A DNA stretch of 64,000 bases. Origin: Phoronis australis (taxonomy: Eukaryota; Animalia; Phoronida). The position numbers were made by a program, and so were the translations under genes. Where the stretch lies: NCBI GenBank assembly GCA_002633005.1, contig NMRA01000028.1, forward strand, positions 669,726 to 733,725. Direction: 5' to 3'. Shown piece by piece: positions 1 through 12,500 of the stretch; position 1 is the first letter of the stretch; each line of letters starts with the position of its first letter. The notes under the pieces were generated by a model. That model was not told where the DNA came from and did not search any database. It saw only the letters and a program-made list of their open reading frames with translations.

Positions 1-200
1 TTACAGGGTAGACTGTTTGTGGACATGACTTATGTAGCCTTACAGGGTAGACTGTTTGTGGACATGACTTATGTAGCCTTACAGGGTAGACTGTTTGTGG
101 ATAGGACTTATGTAGCCTTACAGGGTAGACTGTTTGTGGATAGGACTTATGTAACCTTACAGGGTAGACTGTTTGTGGACATGACTTATGTAACCTTACC
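1..200. repeat. 39-bp minisatellite, ~5 copies, in IK intron
   Basis: Unit TTACAGGGTAGACTGTTTGTGGACATGACTTATGTAGCC repeated. It explains the 13-aa periodic ORF 19..294. Confidence 0.95.
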
Positions 201-431
201 CTGTCTCTGTATTTTGCAGCCAGTTCTTTCTTCTTATCCTCTTCACTTTTCTTCAATCTGGCATAAAACCTACAACACACAACTAATGAAATAAGCACAT
301 ACAATACATGACACAAATAACATCAAAATAGACTTCTTAAATATATTGCACACAAATCAAAGATTGATTTTAAAAGATGATGCTCTAGGTGACTTCAAAA
401 GACAGTACAAATTCCGCAGCCATAAATTTAC

Positions 432-3376
432 CGTTTCTTCTCCCTACGAGCACTGCCCGCATCGTCTGGATCAAACTCTTTGTGACTGTGTTCAACTGTA
501 CTGTGAGCCCCACTGTGACCGACACTTGGTTTGGAGGATACACGGGGCGTCATCATCATCTTACGAAAGTCATCATTGGTCAGGGGATGGCTGGAAAGTA
601 AGAAGAAACTAAGTCATGACTGAATATAAACTACTGCAACAACAACAATTATTTTACTAAATCAGCAATGTTATGCGTTCACATGCACACACTTTGAAAG
701 TGTGAGATAATTAAATTTTTTTCCAGGGTCAAGACCATATTACTAATAGAGAACATAAAGAGACCAGTTTGAGCACTCAAGAGTGCATAAAACAAAAACA
801 GATATTTCTACTCTCTTCAAACACATGTTTTGTTGTTGTTGTTGCTACTGTTGTTGTTGTTGTTATTCGCATTAGAAGCTCTCACTGTGCATGATGCCAA
901 AGGGACAATTTGAGGCCTATTTCGTAGCAATAAGTGATCTAAATCAAAAGTTGTTAGTTTTGTGATGGAAAAAAGGTTTAAAGCCGCTTTAATGGTTGTA
1001 ATGCTGGTATGCTTCAAAGTCAATTTACTGATGCTAAGCTCTTTTGTTGCTGACACTTTCATCAAAATTCCTTGAAAATACTGAGTGTTGTTATGTTGAT
1101 CAATGTCCCTGAGTTAACAGAAGAACGAAAACCAAAATCAAACCTCCCAGGCAGAAGTACATAAAATCTCCAACGAAACTAGTAATCATGTCAACTCACC
1201 TGTCCTCACCAGCAGAACTGTTGAGGTCATGACCCGAGGGGGCCATCGGGTTGGAGTACTGCTCCATTTCACCTGACAACATAACAAAACTGTGTTAAGA
1301 TATTGTATTTGGACACTTTCACTTGTGACTGTACACAATGCATGCTGGCCAACACAATGTCATATATATTGTCCCTGACTGATTCGATTGGCCAAAGATG
1401 TTAGTAATCCTCCATTTAGCCGAAGACTTGAAACCTAGCCATTATGGCTAAAATAAGGCGCAGGATGACCGAATGAGTTGTAAACAGGCCTTTATCCAGG
1501 ATTTCGAAAATAGGGTGTCCAAAATGGGGTTCCAAATATTTCAGGGCGTCCATGATTCCGACGCGTAACCCCCCACCCCTAGCAATCCTCCCAAACACAC
1601 AGATTTTGTTTACAAAAAAATGCATAGACCAAGGTTTTTACATCTAAGTTTACAAAACAGCCTTCTCTAGTGAGCATTTTACTAAAAAAACTGGACCAAG
1701 ACTTTTACAATGCTATCAACCAAGTGTGAGCATAGCAACGTTGTGTATACTTTGTATATACATTGTATATTTCTTCCTGCTTTGAAAAAAGAGCCCCCAC
1801 TGTGAGCCCTCAGAGGCTTCCTAGTATTCATTACAATGTGTGAGTCCAAACTTGAAAGGCTTCTACTGACAGTGGGCGTCCAAATGATACATTGTGCGAC
1901 CTTGCCAGGGCGTCCAGATTAGTGCTAGGGCATCAATTTGGACGCCCTGGACGTAAGCTGCATAAAGGCCTGGTTGTAAATGATGAGGTCAATTGATGAT
2001 GATACTCGCTTTTATTCAGTAAAAGAATGTTTACACCAAGAGCAAGGCTAATATTTAAGAGTATATAATATGCAATAATCTGTGCAAATGCGATCAAAAA
2101 TCCACATGGACAACCAACAATGCCAGGCAGTGGCATATTCCTTGCCTTGGACAACCCAGCCCGATAAGGCTACAACTGGACCCCTTGACGTTGCCCCAGC
2201 CAATACTCAGCTCGGAAACTGTTTAAAGGTTGGTTCACCGACTTGGTCTTGCCCTTGGCTTGGTGGGGGACGTGCCTTTGTCATTAGACGATTACGCATA
2301 GGCATCCTTAGCTTCTGATCGTTCGCAATACATTATAAATATACCACAAGGTATGACACTCGGGACTAGGAATTCCACAGTTGCTTCACTTCAGCTATCC
2401 ATATTAAACACAAAACTCAATAAATTTACACAAAACGGGTTCAAACCACAAGCAATTGTTCTTTCTTCCGATAACATTGATAGTATCCTGCTCCGGCAAG
2501 TTCGCAACAAATTCGCGGTCAAAGCATAAAAATTGGCACTAGTCGGATATAATGGACCCTAAGTTATTCCAAATAAATCCACTAAATATAGGTCTAAATG
2601 AATGATTTTGGTATCGTTGCATTCCTCAGACAACTGGCTATCCGTACAAATCCTTTTCACGACCCTCAATTACTCTAGTCTACAACTATGCTATTCCGAA
2701 CTCGGTCCACTTTAGCCACGCGCATCGTTAAATCGGCAGCCATTTCAGGGAACATACTATATCTAGCGCCATCAATCGGCGATTTGCTGCAACACGAGTT
2801 GTTCCTTTTTCATCAGTGCCCAAAAATCTTCCCAAAAAGCCGATGCGTATGTGTCCCAAGCGAGTCGGTACGGAATAATCCGATGAGCTACGGATGGACG
2901 GCAGTTGCTGGTTCATCACAAAAGGTTACGAAATGGTCTGGCTAAGTGTGGAGTAAATAATGTCCTGACCTTTGGTGACAAATTGGCAATTTCCATAAAA
3001 AATGCTATCTGAAGAAAGAACAATTGCTAATAGTGACTAGTCATGGTTTGTTGAACCCGTTTTCTGCAAATGTGTTGAGTTTTGTGTTTGATATGGACGG
3101 CTGATGTGAATCACCCGTGGAATTCCTAGTTCTGAGTGTCATACCTTGTAGTAGCCCTAATTGTGTATTGGAGACGATCAGAAGCTGAGGACGCCTGTGG
3201 CTGTGAGATTCATTAAGCTGGATTCCAAGTTCACGCACAGCAGCATTACGTAGCTTCATAGCACGTATTGATAAAGTGCTGCCACTAAATCGCGCTTTGT
3301 TACTGCCAATTACATTTCTGCATATTCTAGCTACAGATTTATCGTACATTACAAGAAAATACGTACGTTCAGGCAT
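432..3376 (-). CDS. IK: Protein Red / IK (spliceosomal B-complex protein), first three coding exons; gene continues beyond the left edge
   Basis: Exons 3376-3367, 1272-1200 and 590-432, all GT-AG with compatible phases. They splice to MPEREMEQYSNPMAPSGHDLNSSAGEDSHPLTNDDFRKMMMTPR...DPDDAGSARREKK, matching the RED N-terminus (human MPERDSEPFSNPLAPDGHD...LTNEDFRKLLMTPR...DEDPAARRRKK). Confidence 0.93.
825..865. repeat. (TTG)n microsatellite
   Basis: Imperfect TTG run. Confidence 0.85.
1485..1972. mobile_element. Non-autonomous hAT-type MITE with 8-bp TSD
   Basis: TIR CAGGCCTTTATCCAG / CTGCATAAAGGCCTG (14/15). Perfect flanking duplication GTTGTAAA at 1477-1484 and 1973-1980. Confidence 0.92.
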
Positions 3377-3584
3377 GACTATATCGCTGTGTAGCGCACT
3401 TGTATGCGCGTCGCAACTTTCAGTAGTCCTAGTCGGAAGTTAACTGCACCGCGATATCTCGCAACAAACGTGATTTACAACAAAGCAGTGTGATTGGTCA
3501 GTTCAGTAAGGACGAAAACACTGGCGGTAGTTTCAAATCACCTCAAGTTTTGTGTATTTTGTAGGCTCTGGGAAAACGACAAAT
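3377..3584. promoter_or_regulatory. Bidirectional IK/HMMR promoter with inverted CCAAT box and CDE/CHR-like element
   Basis: 208 bp separate the two ATGs and the region is CpG-richer than its flanks. ATTGG at 3493-3497 in a TGATTGGTCA context; TGGCGG (3522-3527), 4-nt spacer, TTCAAA (3532-3537, reverse complement of CHR TTTGAA). Confidence 0.65.
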
Positions 3585-6500
3585 ATGTCCTTTTCAAAAT
3601 CGAAAATCAAGAGGTTCAACGAAGGAGAAAGTGAGTATTTAAGTTGATGTGCAAGAATTTGTTGCAAGCATCACTAGGTCTCCTAGTCACTGACCGGTTT
3701 TTGGAAGAATTCTAAACAAAAGATGAAGTTCATATGAAGCTTGGCTAATTTAGACACTAGCCAGAAAAGCTAGTGCATTGCGGTGTTTCGCAAAACCCTG
3801 CGTGATTGTGCGTTTTTGCGAGATTTTTAGGTCTATGAAATGCAACTCAAGCGAAAAAGTCTTTAATGACAATTTCATGAGGGATACGTTCATGTGTTCC
3901 AGGTAAAAATGAATGCACTGTCCCAGGCATAGCAGTGACAGTGGCCTCGGTGGGTGATACCCATTTTCGACACCTTTTCTCCCATATTTTGCACTTCCAT
4001 GAAAATTCTGTGGTATTTAATGAAAAGCATTGACCTTCACATATGGTTTTGGTATCATTCAATTCCTCACATTGTTATCATGGATCAAGATAGAAGACAA
4101 TTCACTTGGTTTACAAAAGTGGGTACCCACAATACAGGCACAATAGACACCCTACAACTCAACGTTTCCAAAAGCATGTCATTAGAAGTCATAGTAATGC
4201 TGTGACAAGCAGTAGTTTAAAAAAAGCATATATGTTTTCTCTCTTCATAAATTCCCCCATTCTAGTTGACACTATGAATCAGTCTTAAATATGTTAGCTG
4301 TTCAAAGTCCATGAACATAACTTTGTAGCCAACACTGTGAATCTTGTCCCTTTGTGTACAGGTCTCACTCCTGCGCCTGGTTCCTATGATCCAAAGTCTA
4401 TGGACAAGAGCCACGCTGTTTCATTTATTAAAGATGGAAGATTCAAAGAACCAAAAGGTACGGCTCAATCTGGCTTTTGTTACGATTCTTAATCATAGTA
4501 GTCCACTATAAAATATACCCTTTGTTAATTATTCTCATAATTTTATGTACTTGTTTATCATGTAAGTAGTGGTATATAAAAACAACATAACTCTTTGTCA
4601 TAAATATATTTATTTTTATTTTTATTTTAATGTTGTAGATGTTATACCTGGGCCAGGTACATTCAACATGCCAGCCACGATTACTACCCCAGCCAAGAAA
4701 CTGGTAAGACTGGTTAGTAGTTCAACCTACCGACACCAGTGTGTGCAATTTTCTAATGTGTTTTGAACACAGTGACCTAGATCAATTAAACTTTCTTGGA
4801 AACCATAGACAGTGAGCATATTATTTGACAAACTGTCTGCGAAGGTTTTTGATCTTATCTAGACATGACATCATCGCACACAGTGAAATGCCAGGGCTGA
4901 TAGTCCATTGTTTAATTTCTAGTTTGGAAATGCCAAAAAGCATGCTACTCCCACCCCTGAGATGACAAGCAAAGTCAAGGAGTTAGAATTGCAGGTAAGT
5001 CAACTGCTACTTCATTGAACTTCATAAAAGCTTTAAACCACTTAAACTTTGATGGGCAATCTTAGCTAGTTGCTTATAACCACACTATACTAGGCACTAA
5101 GTTCTTCATCTTAGTCTACTAAGAAGTAGCAGTGGATTTACTAGAATGTTATGAGGTTTGATTATATTAATAATAAATGAAAGTTGAACAATAAGTGGTT
5201 ATAATTACAGTAGAAATTCTCCAGTTTGAGACAGTTAAAAGTTAATTATGTTGTTCAAGGTCAGAGCTGGTCTCAAATTACAGAAATAGGCAGTAGCAGC
5301 TTTCCCAAATTCAAGAATAACTTGGAAGACTGCAAAATTAATCACTCTGTAGATTGAAAACACATTGTCCATATGTACGGTATGGTGAATGCCAAAATCG
5401 CCCTTGTCCCAAATTCCAGAATCATGAAAATTCAGGGGAGAATTTTTACCGCATGTATAGTCATGCACCACAAATTGGAACTCTTCGCTTTCATTTAAAA
5501 AGACTGTGCTTTCACAGAATATGTTACTCCAAACTAACATAAAACCAAATTGAGATGTCTAACCTGCATAAAACACCGTCTTTGAGTTCTACTCCCGACA
5601 TAGGTCAACGATGGAAAAGAGCCTGTGTAAAGTTGCCTTCCTGACAAGTGGAAGGTTCAAGCCAATCAATGACGTACATATGTGTCACAACGCAATACAC
5701 ACCCTTGAGGTGACCCCAGGATTTGTGCACAAAATCTCACAACAATTGACACCAATATTTCAGATCAAGAAGCTACTTCAAGAACGTGTCAGTCTAGACA
5801 AACAGCTGACGACCAGTGAGACTGAAATGAAAAAATTAGAAGGGAGACTGGAGGTAGCTTTGAAGGAGAAGAACAGCCTACAGGCCAGTGTGGCCAAGCA
5901 GGAGAAACAGGTGTTGGATTTGGAGAAGAGTAAAGAGATTCTCACTAGCAAGGTAACTATAGGTCGGGGCTTCCGTAGATAGGTTACTGGCCAGCATGGC
6001 AAGGCAAGAGAAATATTTGGTGGAGTTAGATGATGGACGTTATCATTCATCCAGGTGAATAACTAGGTGTGAAAAATTATAAATCACAATTTCTGGAACT
6101 TAAGTTAGTGTAAAATAATTTCCCAACATTGCGGGGTCTTGCAGTAATTGTCTGTGAACACTGGCTGAAGACGACAAAATTTTTGCGAGAACCAGTCAGT
6201 CGTCAATTCCCAGTAGATGGAGACAGGTGCCATGCAACATCAAGACAATTTTTTACTGTAAGTTCCAGAAGCTGTGATTTATATTTTTTGCACCTTTTTG
6301 GTGGAGTTGGATATGAGTAAAGATATTCTTAAGACTAAAGGTAATTATAGGTCTTGGTGAAAATAAGCAGACCACAATTACATTAAAAGATGATTTCATA
6401 ATGTATAGGTGAGTCTGTATTATTTGTAGGTGAATAATTTGGAGAAAGGGAGCAAGCGACAGACAGTCACCCACGAGGAGCTTAGTCACGTGCGTGGTCA

Positions 6501-9500
6501 GCTGACCATGAAACAGCAGGAGGTGGACAGGCTGCGAGATGAGATGGAGGCTGCAGTCAGAATGATGCAGGCCGATTTGCAGGCATCCAAGGCCAACATA
6601 TCGGCTTTGCAAGAAAGAAATGCAGCTTTGGGTATGTACTCGTTGTTTCTATGTGTTAGTCTTCAAACTACAAACAGTACAAGACTAAGTAATGGTCAAT
6701 ATTATTCATCTAGGTGTCTCAAGTATGGTAATGTTTCTTCAAATGAGAACACAGTATGGGAGAACAATAAATTTTATTTCAAGTTTTCAAGGAAGAGTAA
6801 ACGAGAAGACATTTTACTTAATGATCATTCATGGAGTGCAGCTTTCGTCAACAATAACATAATAGAGTTTTCAACATTTTTGGCAATACGGTGAGCATAT
6901 GAAAAATGATAATTTTAGATATTATTTTTCTTCAAATACATGACTACTTGATGTGAAATGTTTTAAGTCTGGTGACTTTCTTGAATAATTTTCCCACGTT
7001 GCTGAGCCAACTGCCGCTCCACTAAATTCAAGCTCCTATCCTCAAAAAAGTTGTGTACCCGCAAACAGCAAACCCGTAGTACCAATCCCCAGACCCCCAC
7101 CCTAAACTCCATCAGTGCTGAAAATGCTCCGTACTCAATGACCAAACCCCAGTCTTGGGGACCAAATTTTAATCCCTGGACTAGTCCAAGTGAATAACCT
7201 TGTTTCTGTGGGCCTAGGCTTGGTCCTCAGATATGGAAATTTTGGTGCCTAATGAAGATTAGGGGCTTGGGTATGAGGATTTATCCTGCAGGTTTTGGGT
7301 GTGCTACTCCAAGACTGGGGCTTACAGGATTGTAGCTGGAATTTAAATGCAGCACTGACATTAAATTGTGAGCACCCCCTGAAGTAGATGTGGTTTTTAT
7401 TGCAGAGCAAAGCAACAGAGACAGTAAGACCCAATATGAGGAGATTGAGCAAGAGATCAGCAAACTACACAGTAAGTCTTCTTAATAATTCTGTCTGGTG
7501 GATTTTGAAATGCAGCTGTGACATTTTTGAGTCTCTAAGCTCAGTTTTTCAGCCAATAGCTTATTAAAACACAAAATCAAACTTATTATCAAGTAGTTTT
7601 ATCTTACTCACTAACATTCATGTTACAAGTAGTCTTACTTTGCCCACTAACACTCTTATTGTTAAGTAGTCTTATCTCCCCACTAACATTCTTATTACAA
7701 GCAATCTTGTCTTACCCACTATCATTCTTATTATGAGTAGCCTTATCTTACCCACTAACATTCTCTCTCAGTATTTCATTGGTGCCTTGAATTTGTCATG
7801 TTTTAAAAGAAATGCCCACATTTATTCCAGGACCCACTCACTTAATCAGTATGTGCTATAATATGTGGATTGTTGTTTGCTCATTGTGATTCGAATACAT
7901 GCACCAAGTTTCCATTTTCAGATGTTAATGATCAATTAAGATGTGAAAAACTCCATCTTCAGCAAGAAATGAAGTCAATTGAGTCTGAACTTCAGGGAAA
8001 GATTATGGTAAGCATGATCGAATATCTTTTATTTTTACACTAGAAAAGGTGCTTTATTGTTCAGCAACCAAAAGTCTAACTGTATCACTATGAGGTGAGA
8101 AATTAATCAAGAAAGTCAGGTGAACTGTGATAACTGCCTATACATTGTGATGACATTTTATTATGCGCCCACATTTATGTGGTCGCATATTGCCATCATC
8201 TCTGTCTGGGTGTCTGCAGCTCTATCTCCTAAACCCCTCACAGGATCTTGATGAGATTTAGCAGATGTATTCTTATAAAGCTGATGACAGATGGACATCT
8301 CTAACTACTGGTGTGTCCCCTAGTGGCAATTTAAGTTATTTGCGTTTACCTCTGTGTCTTCGGTGGTCCTCAACAGATTTTCATAAAATTTGGCAGTGAG
8401 ATGATACCATCCTCCCGTTTTCTGATGGATTCAAGGTACTTTGTGCCACCTAGTGGCCACTTTTACAGTTTTCGAGTCTTGTTTTTTGGCATCTGCCCCT
8501 CTGTCAACCAAACTATTTTAAGGATGGTTGTGGAAATTTGTATGAATGTTCCTAATGTAAAGAGGAAGTCTAACAATGATTTTTGACGACTTCATCTACT
8601 GTGGCGCCGGTTAGTGGCGGTTATGATTTTTGCGCCTATAACCTCCTAGCGGCAATTTCATTTTTTGTTTTTCTCGGTTTCTCAGAAGTTCCTTGACGGA
8701 TTTTTATTAAATTTGGTAAATAGCTTTGATGACACATACCAGTTTTCGGATGGATTCGACGTATTTTGCGCCATCCAGTGGCCATTTGTATGTTCCAAAT
8801 AAACACTCCTAGAAGCACACCATTTGCGGTGCATTCATGGGCACATTTCAACGCTCCGTGTTGCTCTTGTTGATTTTGTCTTGATGAGAGGTTAGGTACT
8901 TTTTAATTTTATGTGTGCTTTGTTTAACANTAATTCTATCCTCCCGTTTTCGGATGGATTCAAGGTACTTTGTGCCATCTAGTGGCCATTTTTACAGTTT
9001 TCGAGTCTTGTTTTTTGGCATCTACCCCTCTGTCAACCAAACCATTTTAAGGATGGTTGTGGAAATTTGCATGTATGTTCCTAATGTGGCGCCTGTTACT
9101 GGTGGTTATGATTTTTGTGCCTATAACCTCCTAGTGGCAATTTCATTTTTTGTTTTTCTCGGTTTCTTAGAAGTTCCTTGACGGATTTTTATTAAATTTG
9201 GTAAATAGCTTTGATGACACATACCAGTTTTCGGATGGATTTATCGTATTTTGCGCAATCTAGTGGCCATTTGTATGTTCCAAATAAACACTCCTAGAAG
9301 CACACCATTTGCGGTGCATTCATGGGCACATTTCAACGCTCCACGTTGCTCTTGTTGATTTTGTCTTGATGAGAGGTCAGGTACTTTTTAATTGTATGTG
9401 TGCTTTGTTTAACAAAAATCAAGTAGTATGCAATGAGATGTCAGTGCACAGAATGTAATGAACCTATAAGTTGATTTTTAAATAAAGCTACTCTCACTGT

Positions 9501-12500
9501 TTCAGGATCTCCAGAGTCACATTGAGAGAGTGACCAGTGAGTCACAGGTGCAGGTAGACAACTTGGAGCGTAGACTGCGGAACAAGCAGGAAGTGGAACG
9601 AGCATTTGAACTCATGCAAAAGAATATGGCCGACTCTGACATATGCTCAGATGCCCTGAAGACATACAAGTAAGACTTCAAGCCACTATTGTTTTGTTCA
9701 GTTTTCTAAATAGAGAATGACACACATTCTATAGTAGACAAAGACACACATTCTATAGTAGACAAAGACACACATTCTATAGTAGATACAGACACACATT
9801 CTATAGTAGACAAAGACACACATTCTATAGTAGACACAGACACCCATTCTATTGTAGACACAGGCACACATTCTATATTAGACAAATTTTGGATGGTGAA
9901 AGCAGAGAGTAAAATACCGTTGCTGTTTTGCATTATTTTATTGGGAGCTTTCATTTCCTCATGGCTGATTTACAAATTATAAACTACAGTGGTGCTCCTA
10001 ATTGATGAAATAGTGATAGGTCTTGCAGGAATCCATGTCTTTTTATGGAACTGTGGTACGATGTGCCGTGATCAGCAGTCGCATTTGATGAGAAGCATTC
10101 GATACTGTTAGCCAGTTTCATTGTGTGAAATTTAGACAAATTAAGGTGATCTAAGGTTGTGTGTTGCACTAGTTAACTTTACACACGATTAGTTAGTTTG
10201 ACTTTGAGCTGATGTTACCTTTACTTGCTCCTGTTGCAGAGATTCTTTGGTTGCCCAGGTGACTGAGTTGGAGGGAACCGTCCGTGAGATGCAACTACAG
10301 AAATTTGACGATGATGACTTGATTAGGTATTATTAAATTCACCACAGCACATATGAATATATACGTATAGTATGATTACTACTGGAAACAGAAAATTAAA
10401 TTTTTGTAAGAAAATAATGAAAGATAGGTATTAGAATTTAATTAACATATGTCGAGATCGGATAAAGTTAAGCAATATCAAAACAGGTAAAACACTTAAA
10501 AATCTGGTAACTAAAACATTTATTGTTAAAAAACACTAGCTTTCGAGACTTAATGGGTGCAGCTCTTCATCAAGTGTAAAGACAAGTGGTGCGAAAGGTT
10601 TACTTATGCCATCCTGTTCAGAACTATAAAGGGAGGGATGAGCGAAAATGAAAAATAAAGAGTAAGTGGGAACGGCTAAAGGTAGTGGCTCATGGGGCAC
10701 TTGTTGATATTAAGACCATCATTCTTAGTGGTGTTAATAAAGCAAACCATTGAAATTTCTTTAGCTGTCCTGTGGGAGTTGTATAGTTTGCCCATACGTA
10801 CACAGGCCATGAGGTTATCGCTTCTGTGCACGTCTGACATGAAATGTTCTGCCAACGAAAGTGAGGAATCATCACGGATAGTTTTATGGTGTCCACTGAG
10901 ATACATGTGAAGACGACAGTCAGTCTCACCTTTGCACAGTCATAATTACAGAGTCTGCAATGAATGACGTATGTAATACCTCTCGTCTCTCCCCTTTATA
11001 GTTCACTTGGCTTCATACCTGATGAAGAGTCGCACCGATTAAGGCTCGAAAGCTAGTGTTTTTTGAAGTGTTTTATCTATTTATATATTGTAGAATTTAC
11101 TCGTCGATTATTCTGAAGCCAGCCACCGGGGCCAACTGACTCGGCGCAAACTGACAGATTCCATGCCAAAACAGACCTGTAATAGTCATGTCCTAATGGC
11201 ATAATTCATGACCAAGCACCGTTTTGGCATTTTAAGAGAAATTTGCAGTTTATTGTCATTGAATCTGTGTATCTGTCACAGGTCTCTGAAGGGGGAGATG
11301 TTTGCCATCAGTGACCAGTGTAAACAGCTGGAAGAGAGGCTGTCCGACATGACACTAGACAACAGTCGACTGACGATCAGCATCAGCGAGTTGCAGGACA
11401 GTGAAGCCATACTGAACACCAACATACGCAGTCTGACCGAGAAATACCACGCAATGGAGAATAATCTGAGTGAGTGGCAATGTAAACAGAATGCTTTCTT
11501 CACATCTGAAAGTCTACATCATTCACTGTTTGCACTATTCAGTATCCTCTTTTGTGGTAATAGGTAGATATGACGTGTCCGCATTTTAATGACCAGGCAT
11601 CAAACTGGTTCTCATAATGTGGGCATGTTATGTGCAACTATTGCCACTTTTACTTCATTCCTCTGTCAACAGCCAGTCAATCTCAAAGAATTGACCCAAA
11701 TACACTAATAAACAGTTTTTCTTTTATTGAGAAAATTGACTACAAGCACGTTATGCAGGTGTCCACCTACTAATTACTAATGGGCACCTGGGCATGTAAC
11801 AATATTTTAGTCATAGTTTGTACATAATGCAGTCGTCCCTCAACTAATTACTAACCATGTAACAAGGTGTTAAACATAGTTACTAAGTACATCATGCAGA
11901 CCTGACCTCTGTTGTGTTATTACAGTGTCAGCAGAGCAGGAGCGTGATCAGCTTGAGCTGAGACTTCACTCTGAGATGCGTGCTCGCAAACTGAGTATCA
12001 ATGAACTGCAGGGTGAATGTGCGGACTACCGCAGTACGAACCGTGAACTGAGGGCACAAGTCAGCTTTGAGAAGGTGGGTACCTCTGATGTGGAAACCAC
12101 TGTTGAAGAACGCCAATTAATAAAATGAAAAAAGGAAAGAGCATGTTTGGTTCTGGTCTGCACCTAACTCTTTTTGAAGCCTGTGCCTCACAGCTGACAC
12201 CAGGTGGCGCTGAGTAAAAGAGAAGGATCCCAACCTATTTCAGCTGGCATCAGATTACTTTATCTAAGTTTTTTGAAAATATGGATTTTAAACTAAAAAA
12301 ATGTCATCACCACATCAGTTTTCACAAAGATACAACCAATTCTGCTGTTTGCTTTGTCCTAAGGTGAACTGTGCTAACTCCTACCAACTGGTTCATTTGA
12401 GTTATTTTATAAATCATCTCACTTTATTGATAAGCTGACTCCTTAGATAACAAACTGTAATCTGCTGGAACTGTATGAACCTCATGACTATTATCAATGT

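Larger units (their letters stand above)
10475..11090 (-). mobile_element. 5'-truncated Penelope-like retroelement: GIY-YIG endonuclease relic flanked by inverted pseudo-LTRs
   Basis: Minus strand 10990-10676 reads TRGITYVIHCRLCN..(frameshift)GETDCRLHMYLSGHHKTIRDDSSLSLAEHF...H...RTAKEISMVCFINTTKNDGLN, the C-terminal GIY-YIG pattern of Penelope elements. 10528-10577 and 11015-11064 are near-perfect inverted copies. Confidence 0.85.

Noticed and set aside
1-200. Tandem arrays (also 9711, 20801, 34768, 38888, 54868) as CRISPR arrays or repeat proteins
   Set aside because: The units are contiguous with no unique spacers, no cas genes are present, and the context is eukaryotic introns. The periodic ORFs are by-products of minisatellites.
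2810-2919. C/D-box snoRNA candidate in IK intron 1 (minus strand GTGATGA...CTGA)
   Set aside because: The terminal stem is out of register, there is no convincing C'/D' pair, and I cannot identify a solid rRNA guide. It would need snoscan/Infernal and small-RNA data.
3041-3376. 111-aa ORF starting MPERTYF as a standalone gene
   Set aside because: Only the first 10 nt are coding (IK exon 1); the rest is intron read-through past the GTACGT donor.
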